A DNA stretch of 64,000 bases from Euglena gracilis. Its lineage: Eukaryota. Under the pieces are notes generated by a model. That model ran no database searches and was not told the origin of the DNA. It worked only from the letters and a program-made list of their open reading frames with translations. Shown one piece after another: positions 55,075 to 64,000 of the stretch. The translations under genes and the position numbers were made by a program. The stretch covers positions 1,922,001 to 1,986,000 of the forward strand of contig CP154954.1 of NCBI GenBank assembly GCA_039621445.1, in the 5' to 3' direction. Position 1 is the stretch's first letter; each line of letters starts with the position of its first letter.

Positions 55075-57485
55075 CGGGAAATTTTGGCTGGACCCCCCCT
55101 GGGTTTTTTCAGAAAATGCGGTTGGGAAATTCTTGGCTGGACCCCCCCCGCAATCCAAAAAATACGTTTGGGAAATTTTGGGACCCACCTGGGTTTTTCA
55201 AAAAAAAAACAACGGTTGAGAAATTTTGGCTGGACCCCCCCTGGGTTTTTCAGAAAATACGGTTGGGAAATTTTGGCTGGACCCCCTGGGATTTTCAGAA
55301 AATGCGGTTGGGAAACTTTGGCTGGACCTCCCCTGGGTTTTTCAAAAAATACGGTTGGGAAATTTTGGGTCCCACCTGGGTTTTTCAAAAAAAAAAACGG
55401 TTGAGAAATTTTGGCTGGACTCCCCCTGAGTTTTTTCAGAAAATACGGTTGGGAAATTTTGGCTGGACCCCCTGGGATTTTCAGAAAACGCGGTTGGGAA
55501 AGTTTGGCCCCTGGGTTTTTCAAAAAACACGGCTGTGAAACTTTGGCTGGAGCCCCCTGGGTTATTTTTTGAAAATGCGGTTGGGAAATTTTTTGCTGGA
55601 CCCCCCCCTGGGATTTTCAAAAAATGAGGTTGGGAAATTTTGGCTGCCCCCCCCCCCCGTAATCCAAAAAAATGCGGTTGGGAAAATTTGGGACTCACCT
55701 GGGTTTTTCAAAAAATGCGGTTGGGAAAATTTGGGACTCACCTGGGTTTTTCAAAAAATGCGGTTGGGAAATTTTGGCTGGACCCCCCAGGTTATTAAAA
55801 AAAAATACGGTTGGGAAATTCTGGCTGGACCCCCCTGGGATTTTCAAAAAATGCGGTTGGGAAATTTTGCCTGGACCTCCCGTGGGTTTTTCAAAAAATA
55901 CGGTTGGGAAATTTTGGCTGGACCCCCCCCCGTAATCCAAAAAAATACGGTTCGGAAATTTTGGCTGGACCCCCCTGGGATTTTCAGAAAATGCGGTTGG
56001 GAAACTTTGGCTGGACCACCCCTGGGTTTTTCAAAAAATACGGTTGGGAAATTTTGGCTGGACCCCCCCCGTAATCCAAAAAATACGGTTGGGAAATTTT
56101 GGCTGGACCCCCCCGCAATCCAAAAAATACGGTTGGGAAATTTTGGGACCCACCTGGGTTTTTCAAAAAAAAAAACGGTTGAGAAATTTTGGCTGGACCC
56201 CCCCTGTGTTTTTTCAGAAAATACGGTTGGGAAATTTTGGCTCTACCCCCCCTGGGATTTTCAGAAAACGCGGTTGGGAAAGTTTGGCCCCTGGGTTTTT
56301 CAAAAAACACGGCTGTGAAACTTTGGCTGGAGCCCCCTGGGTTATTTTTTGAAAATGCGGTTGGGAAATTTTGGCAGGACCCCCCTCTGTAATCCAAAAA
56401 ATGCGGTTGGGAAATTTTGGCTGGACCCCCCCTGGGATTTTCAGAAAATGCGGTTGGGAAATTTTTTGCTGGACCCCCCCCTGGGATTTTCAGAAAATGC
56501 GGTTGGGAAATTTTGGCTGCCCCCCCCCCCCCCGTAATCTAAAAAAAATGCGGTTGGGAAAATTTGGGACTCACCTGGGTTTTTCAAAAAATAAGGTTGG
56601 GAAATTTGGCTGGACCCCCCCTGGGTTTTTTCAGAAAATGCGGTTAGGAAATTTTGGCTGGACCCCCCCTGGAATTTTTAGAAAATACGGTTGGAAAATT
56701 TTGGCTGCCCCCCCCCCCGTAATCCAAAAAAAATACGGTTGGGAAATGGCTGGACCCCTCCCCCCTGTTATTAAAAAAATACGGTTGGGAAATTTTGGGT
56801 GGACCCGCCCCCTGTTATCCAAAAAAATACGGTTGGGAAATTCTGGCTGGACCCCCACGGAGATTTGCAGAAAATGCGGTTGGGAAATTTTGGCTGGACC
56901 CCCACCCGTAATCCAAAAAAAATACGGTTGGGAAATTTTGGCTGGACCCCCCCTGGGATTTTCAAAAAATGAGGTTGGGAAATTTTGGCTGGACCCCCCC
57001 CCCCCTGTAATCCAAAAAATACGGTTGGGAAAGTTTGGCTGGACCCCCCCTTTTCAGAAAATGCGGTTGGGAAATTTTGCCTGGACCTCCCGTGGGTTTT
57101 TCAAAAAACACGGTTTGGAAATTTTGGGTGGACCCCCCCCCCGTAATCCAAAAAAATGCGGTTCGGAAATTTTGGCTGGACCTCCCCTGGGTTTTTCAAC
57201 AAAAATGCGGTTGGGAAATTTTGCCTGGACCTCCCCTGGGTTTTTCAAAAAATACGGTTGGGAAATTTTGGCTGGACCTCCCCCGTAATCCAAAAAAATG
57301 CGGTTCGGAATTTTGGCTGGATCCCCCCTGGGATTGCAGAAAATGCGGTAGGGAAATTTTGGCTGCCCCCCCCCCCGTAAACCAAAAAAATGCGGTTTGG
57401 AAATTTTGGTTGGACCCCCCCCCCGGGATTTTCCTAAAATGCGGTTGGGAAATTTTGGCTCGACCCCCCATGGGTTTTTCAAAAA
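55075..57485 (+). repeat. Tandem minisatellite A, ~46-bp unit (AAAATGCGGTTGGGAAATTTTGGCTGGACCCCCCTGGGTTTTTC)
   Basis: About 50 degenerate copies; GGTTGGGAAA recurs every ~45-48 nt. Confidence 0.93.
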
Positions 57486-58205
57486 GCCCAGGGGGGTCCA
57501 GCCAAATTTCCCCCCATACTTCGGAAAAATAGCACAGGGGGGTCCAAGAATTTCCCCCCGTAATCGTAATCCTGAAAAAAAGCCCAGGGGGGCCCAACAA
57601 AAATTTCCCCCCGTTATCGTATTCCTGAAAAAAAGCCCAGGGGGGTCAAAAATACCCCCCCGTAATCCTGGAAAAAAAAGGCCCAGGGGGGTCCAAAAAT
57701 TTCCCCCCGTAATCCTGAAAAAAAGCCCAGGGATTCCAAAAAATTCTCCCGTAATCCTGCAAAACAGCCCAGGGGAGTTTCAGCCAAATTTCCCACGTAA
57801 GCCCAGGGGGGTCCAGCTAAAATTTTCCCCCGTAATCCTGAAAAAGCCCAGGGAGGCCAAAAACTTACCCCCCTGTAATCCTGAAAAAAGTCCAGGGGGG
57901 TCCAAAAATTTCCCCCCGTAATTAGGATAAAAGCCCAGGGGCTCCAAAAATTTCCCCCGTGATCGTGAAAAAAAAGCCCAGGTGGGTCCAAAAATTTCCC
58001 CCATAATCGTAATCCTGAAAAAGAGCCCAGGGGGGTCTGAAAATTCCCCCCCGTAATCCTGAAAAAAAGTCCAGGGGGTCCAAAAAATTCGCCCCGTAAT
58101 CCTGAAAATAAACCCGGGGGTCCAACCAAATTTCCCCCCGTGATTCGTAAAAAAAGCCCAGGGAGTCCAAAAATTTCCGCCCGTAATCCTGAAAAAAAAG
58201 CCCAG
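57485..58205 (+). repeat. Tandem minisatellite B, ~42-48-bp unit (AAAAAAGCCCAGGGGGGTCCAAAAATTTCCCCCCGTAATCCTG)
   Basis: About 16 degenerate copies; partly the reverse complement of satellite A. Confidence 0.9.
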
Positions 58206-58244
58206 GAAAACTGGCATGGGGTGGGTCACGGGAACGTGCAGAGT

Positions 58245-59205
58245 GTGGCCCAGTTTTGCCTAAATGGTCCAAAATGTACATTCCGGGAGTTTGGTTGGGG
58301 CCGAAACCTTGCCGGGGCCATAACTTTGGCCCCGTGGCCCGTTTGCCCTTGCTCTAAAAATTTTTTCTGGGGTTTTTGGGGGTGCTCTTTCCAAAAAACT
58401 GGGGGGCTGGGGCTGGCTGGCCAGTTGTGGCCACCCTGTTTTGGCCTAAATGCTCCAAAATGTACTTTCGGGGGGTTGGATGGGGCCGAAACCTTGCCGG
58501 GGCCATAACTTTCTCCCCGTGGCCCGTTTTCCCTTGCTCTAAAAAATTTTTTCAGGGTTTTTGGGGGTGCTCTTTCCAAAAAACTGGGGGACTGGGGCTG
58601 GCTGGCCAGTTTTGGACACCCTGTTTTGCCTAAATGCTCCAAAATGTACTTTCGGGGGGTTGGATGGGGCCGAAACCTTGCCGGGGCCATAACTGTGGCC
58701 CCGTGGCCCGTTTGCCCTTGCTCTAAAATTTTTTTTCAGGGTTTTTGGGGGTGCTCTTTCCAAAAACTGGGGGGCTGGGGCTGACTGTGAAAATTTGGTC
58801 ACCCAGTTTTGACTAAATGCCCCGAAATGTACATTGTGGGGGCGGGGCGGGGGCCGAAAACTTGCCGGGGCCGGAACTTTGGCCCCGTGGCCCGTTAGCC
58901 CTTGCTCTAAAAACTTTTTCTAGGGTTTTTGGGGGTGCTCTTTCCAAAAACCTGGGGGGCTGGGGCTGGATGGCCAGTTTGGGTCACCCAGGTTTGGCCT
59001 AAATGCTCCAAAATGTACTTTCGGGGGGCAGGATTGGGGCCGAAACCTTGCCGGGGCCATAACTTTGGCCCCGTGGCCCGTTTGCCCTTGCTCTAAAAAT
59101 TTTTTCCAGGGTTTTTGGGGGTGCTCTTTCCAAAAAAACTGGGGGGCTGGGGCTGGCTGGCCAGTTTGGGCCACCCAGTTTTGCCTAAATGCTCCAAAAT
59201 GTACT
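58245..59205 (+). repeat. Tandem repeat, ~185-bp unit, ~5 copies (array 1)
   Basis: CCTAAATG...GGCCGAAACCTTGCCGGGGCCATAACTTTGGCCCCGTGGCCCG recurs at ~58259, 58446, 58629, 58812, 58998 and 59184. Confidence 0.93.
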
Positions 59206-59885
59206 TGAATGCCCTTAAAACTACTTCGGGGTGTTGGCCTATGAGTGGAACGCAGCACACCGTCTTCCGCATGAGGTCTAATGTGTCCCCTTGGTGACCT
59301 TCTTGGACTCTCTTGAGGGGTTGCACTCGAACTTGGACTTGCTTCATGGAACTGGAAGTTTCTTCTTGCAACTTCCTTTTCCTTCCTTGGGGTTCTTGGC
59401 ATGTCAGGCCATACCCTTTACTTGGACTGCCCCTGGAGAGAAGAAGCTCAATGTGTTACTTAAACTTGAAAAATAAAGAACCTCGTAATAGAAAACGGGC
59501 GCACGAAAATCATGCAAAATAAAAGCACACCAAAAAGTCCACCACCTTCATTCGACTCCATACACAGTCAGCTAGCAACTGGTTTCAATCTTCCGCACAA
59601 ACAATAAAAAACCTGAAACAAACGGAGAGCACTCGGTGAGAAAAAAAACGGCGAATTAGGAATTGCCAAAAGGCCGTTCTGGAATGCTTCCTCTCTCTCC
59701 CTGCACCCAGCAACCCCAGAGGTTCGGACCGGGCATGCGGGATGCGCCGTCCCAGCGCAAATCCAACCAACCATCCGGCAGTCGCTATTTCTCCTCCTTT
59801 AGGGACAAATGCACCCCTACGCGCAAACCCGCGTGCGCATTCGCCGGACACGCGGTTCCGATCCGTTACATCGCGCCCGTTATAA

Positions 59886-62800
59886 TATAGGGTGGGGCCC
59901 GTGCTGTCGCACGGGCCGGATGGCCCGATCCGAGGGCTGCATTTCGAACCCAGCCGCGGGCCCCAGCTCCCCCGGGTGAGCGAAATGTGCGTTTCGTTGC
60001 GTTTCGGAGTGACGTCATCGTGGATTCACATTGCAGCTGATTTCAGATATCTGCTGGGTGTGTTGTCAGGGCTGTGCGGTTGCACTGTTGTACCTTGAGT
60101 TTTTTTTGATGTTGTCGCTAGCGCGCAAAAAGGCAATTCCTAATTGAATTTGGAGGTCTGGTCCACATCAGTCAAGTCCTGAGAAGTTGTATCACTGCTT
60201 ATTTTCCCAGGTGGATTCAAGTTACTGAAGTTAATCTCCAGGAAATTATATGTGGTTTGCATTTCTTGCAATGTTTCAAGGTTCCTCCAGTCAAGCGTTG
60301 GCTGCAGGCGGTTCAGGTGTGACTCAATTTTTTGTAGATTCAGTCCAGATTGGGGACGCCTGTGGCGGAAGTGAAGTGAAGCATGTTGATTAAGTGAACA
60401 GCCTGAAGACTTTTATAAATTGCTGAGCAGATGATGTTGTTCATGTTAATTGGTGTCGGCTTGGTATTGTGTTTTGCTTGCTTGCTGTGTGTCTTGCAAG
60501 GTTAGTTACTTGAGATTCTTTTTGGGTTCATTGGTTGCTGTTGAAATCGTCTGAACAACGATTTGAGTTAGGGAGTCAATTTTTTTTTGCAGTTTCAGAT
60601 GCAATGTGCTGTTGAACGTTAACCTTATTAACCACGTCTTTTCTTTCATTCTGCTGGAAAATTGTTTGCCATGAAACTCCCTGAGCAATGTCGTTTTTTC
60701 AATTGGCACTCACGGATTTAATCAGCTTTCGGATTTTTAATCAGCGTTCGGATTTTTGTGCTGGCGGCCCATGTGGCTGAAAACTGGGAATGTTGAAATT
60801 GGCTGTTTTATTTCGATGTGCTGAAAACAGCTTTGTTTAATCAGGATTTAAACAGCCATAGGAATTTCTCAGCCACTGAAATCAATGAAGGCTCAATAAA
60901 CGTTTGCCTTGAAAAGCACATTTTTTCTTTCCGGAAAACTGTTAATGAGCAAGTGCTGATTAAATCGGCAGCATCGCTGCAAATGAGAGTCTTTGCCAGG
61001 TGCTGATAAAGTCGGCACTAAACCTGTTTTTTTTGGATCTTTTTTTCGAACTGAAACAGCCCTTCTTTTGGCTGCATGCTTCTTTTGGGCGGCGGGGTCC
61101 AATCAGCACTTCCTTAAACAGCCGAGGGACAGCAAACTGACGTCCCAGACCCCAACTTGCAAGTAATGTTCATAGTCAAACTTGGGGATGTGGCGAGGGT
61201 CGCAATAATGAAGGGAGCCAGGCTGTTTTGTCACCCGTGCGCGTCTGAGGCGAACGATTTTGACGGTTTGTTTCGGTGACTAAAAGACACCTCAGGCTTG
61301 CCCGGCAAATGCCTCCGGAGGTGAAAATGCTCTGGGTACGCCGAACGGAAACTCTTGGCGCAGGACGCCACGGAGAGTGCCACGAGAGGAACTAAGTGTG
61401 CGTTGGGGGTAGAACAGAAAACGTGGCCCCGTTGACGGGGTTGTGAAAAAGTATCCTGAGTTTTTTGGGGACTGGCTGCTGGTAAGGAAGTTCTTGCACC
61501 AACCGGAAGTCGATTTATTTCGAAAAAAGCTTTAACTTTGGCCCCGTGGCCCGTTTGCCCTTGCTCTAAAAAGTTTTTCTAGGGTTTTTGGGGGTGCTCT
61601 TTCCAAAAAGCTGCGGGGCTGGGGGTGCCTGGCCATTTTGGAACACCCTGTTTTGGCCTAAATGCCCTTAAATGTACTTTCGGGGGGCGGGGTTGGGCCG
61701 AAACCTTGCCGTGACCATAACTTTGGCCCCGTGGCCCGTTTGCCCTTGCTCTAAAAAGTTTTTCTAGGGTTTTTGGGGGTGCTCTTTCCAAAAAACTGCG
61801 GGGCTGGGGGTGCCTGGCCATTTTGGAACACCCTGTTTTGGCCTAAATGCCCTTAAATGTACTTTAGGGGGGGGCGGGGTTGGGCCGAAACCTTGCCGGG
61901 ACCATAACTTTGGCCCCGTGGCCCGTTTGCCCTTGCTCTAAAAAGTTTTTCTAGGGTTTTTGGGGGTGCTCTCTCCAAAAAACTGCGGGGCTGGGGGTGC
62001 CTGGCCATTTTGGAACACCCTGTTTTGGCCTAAATGCCCTTAAATGTACTTTAGGGGGGGCGGGGTTGGGCCGAAACCTTGCCGGGACCATAACTTTGGC
62101 CCCGTGGCCCGTTTGCCCTTGCTCTAAAAAGTTTTTCTAGGGTTTTTGGGGGTGCTCTCTCCAAAAAACTGCGGGGCTGGGAGTGCCTGGCCATTTTGGA
62201 TCACCCTGTTTTGGCCTAAATGCCCTTAAATGTACTTTCGGGGGGCGGGATTGGGCCGAAACCTTGCCGGGACCATAACTTTGGCCCCGTGGCCCGTTTG
62301 CCCTTGCTCTAAAAAGTTTTTCTAGGGTTTTTGGGGGTGCTCTTTCCAAAAAACTGCGGGGCTGGGGGTGCCCGGCCGTTTTGGAACACCCTGTTTTGGC
62401 CTAAATGCCCTTAAATGTACTTTCGGGGGGCGGGGTTGGGGTCGAAACCTTGCCGGGGCCATAACTTTGCCGGGGCCATAACAATGCACGTTCCGGGGGC
62501 GGGGTTAGCCAAAATCTGCTTTTCATTACATTATATAATTAAAGACTGCTTTTAATTACAGGCCACGAACACACCTGGCGCTTCAGGTCGACTTCTTCTC
62601 TCACTTTTTCTGGGCGATGGACTTGGACTTGCACTCGGACTTGGACTTGCTTGACGGAAGTGGAAGTTTCTTCTTGTAACTTCCTTTTCCTTCCTTGGGG
62701 TTCTTGGCATGTCAGGCCATACCCCTTACTTGGACTGCCCCTGGTGAGAAGAAACTCAATGTTGAAAACGGTGTACTTGCACAAATTTAAAGAATGTGAC

Positions 62801-63211
62801 TTGACAATGGCCAAAAAAAACACACACCAAAAAGTCCACCACCTTCATTCGGCTCCGTACAATGTCAGCAATGTCAGATGACAACGGGTTTCATCTTCCG
62901 CATGTAAAAATAAAAAACCTTAAAAAAACGGAGAGGGCTGCGTCAGCAAATGAGGCAAATTAGGAATTGCCAAAAAGCTATTGGCGAATGCTTTCTTCCT
63001 CTCCGAGCACCGAGCGACGTCAGAGTTTGGGACCGGGCACACAGGATGCACCGTCTCAGCGCCAATCCAACCAACCGGCAGGCGCTCGCCACTTCTCCTC
63101 CTTTGAGGCCAAATGCACCCCTACGCCGAAACTCGCGTCCGCATTCGCACGAACGCGGATTCCCGGCGCGAGCGTAGGGCGTTACATCGCGCCCGTTATA
63201 ATTTAGGGGGA
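59886..63211 (-). mobile_element. Putative non-autonomous Helitron-like unit carrying the 185-bp array
   Basis: Begins TC on - at 63211 and ends at the GGCCCGTGC-N4-GCACGGGCC hairpin (59896-59917). An upstream neighbour ends hairpin + 6 nt + CTTG. No Rep/helicase ORF seen. Confidence 0.45.
61533..62480 (+). repeat. Tandem repeat, ~185-bp unit, ~5 copies (array 2, same family, more homogeneous)
   Basis: TAACTTTG(G)CC recurs at ~61533, 61718, 61905, 62091, 62276 and 62462. Confidence 0.93.
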
Positions 63212-63447
63212 CAAGCCGGGAGGCCCGTGCTAACGCACGGGCCAAAGGACAGGGATCGCGCAAGGGTGCGCGAGCTGTACGTCGCGCGCACGGTCGCAGC
63301 AGTTAGGAATTGCGCAGAAGGCGTGGGGTTGTTAGTGTTGCTATTGCGTTGCAGCGTAGGTATTGCAGGTTTCGTCGGGGTTTGTGTTTGCTTTGTGTGG
63401 TGCATGTGTGTCTTGTCTCTTCTGACAGGAGCAGTATGTAGTGGAGG

Positions 63448-63907
63448 ATGTCCGTCGCCGCAGCTGCGGCGGAGGCTGCTGCTGCGGAGAGTGGCGGTGG
63501 AGTGTACGGAGATGGTGGTGGTGTGCTTCGCCTCAGTGATTCATGTCTGCAAGTGAGTGGAACGCAGTGGAACTGAGTGGAACTGATTCACGTGTGGAAT
63601 TGCTGTGGAGCAGTGTGGAAGTGTACAGCAGCAGCAGTGTTGATTGAGAGGACGTTTATTTTGTTACAGCAGCTGCAGAAGAAGGTGCAGCAGAAGTTCC
63701 TTTTGTACCTGGAGAAGGTGGAGAGGAAGCAGCCGGTGTGCGCTTTTGAGTCTTGGCAGCGCATGATGCGGGGTGTTGTATTGAAGTGCAGTGTGTGTAG
63801 TGTGTTGGTTTGAGCAGGTTTTGTTGTTTTTTTTGTAACCGCAGTTGCGGAGGAAGCAGCGGAAGAAGTTCCTCCTGTACCTGGCCAGGGGGGAGCGGAT
63901 GCAGCAG
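63448..63907 (+). CDS. Putative nuclear gene, first coding exons (63448-63520, 63670-63735, 63845-63907), Ala/Glu/Gly-rich, unknown product
   Basis: Three exons joined in phase 1 by GTGTG...CAG introns give MSVAAAAAEAAAAESGGGVYGDGG-AAAEEGAAEVPFVPGEGGEEAA-VAEEAAEEVPPVPGQGGADAA. Confidence 0.5.
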
Positions 63908-64000
63908 GTGTGTTGTGCTGCTGTACTGTGTTGACAGAAGTTTTCAGCTTTCGATGGGAGCCCGGTTGAAGGGTGTCAGAGACGTGCAAATGAGTGCTCT

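Noticed and set aside
55075-58205. CRISPR-like regularly spaced repeats
   Set aside because: Units are contiguous and degenerate with no unique spacers, and no cas genes are present; this is a eukaryotic minisatellite
54570-59402. Numerous overlapping ORFs of up to 305 aa on both strands
   Set aside because: They are translations of stop-poor tandem repeats, open in several frames at once, with no domain signatures
59920-61530. Transposase, Rep/helicase or reverse transcriptase ORF between the arrays
   Set aside because: Only short ORFs (<70 aa) with no recognisable catalytic motifs

Overview
Bases ~1-54,400 are AT-rich euglenoid plastid DNA, recognisable as Euglena gracilis-type from its intron-riddled genes, group II/III introns, twintrons, roaA and divergent rpoA. 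It is not in native colinear form but arranged as a zig-zag of fold-back inversions. First comes an inverted partial rbcL copy (1-1742). A native-order run follows (1743-22710): rbcL, rpl32, psaC, rps9, rpl12, psbZ, rpoA, trnS, trnP, psaJ, rps18, atpA/F/H/I, rps2, trnC, trnF, rps14, trnI, rpl36, rps8 and the rpl5 3' end. The rpl23..atpH operon then appears on + (~22940-38320) and folds back as its mirror image on - (38355-53760), continuing into psbJ, psbL and psbF. The atpH..rps8 block is therefore present three times and rpl5..rpl23 twice. Inside psbF (~54,400) the sequence switches abruptly to GC-rich nuclear-type DNA. This part holds two related ~45-bp satellites, two arrays of a ~185-bp repeat within ~3.3-kb units with Helitron-like hairpin ends, and the start of a putative spliceosomal gene with GTGTG donors. 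The window is either a very recent, rearranged >54-kb plastid-to-nucleus insertion (NUPT) or a long-read/amplification chimera. Homopolymer-type errors and garbled junction sequence favour a substantial artefactual component. Exon boundaries were read by eye and may be off by a few bases. I found no convincing novel prokaryotic-type system; the best leads are the plastid-nuclear junction, a fold-back whose loop is exactly one intron, and the Helitron-like satellite-carrying units.
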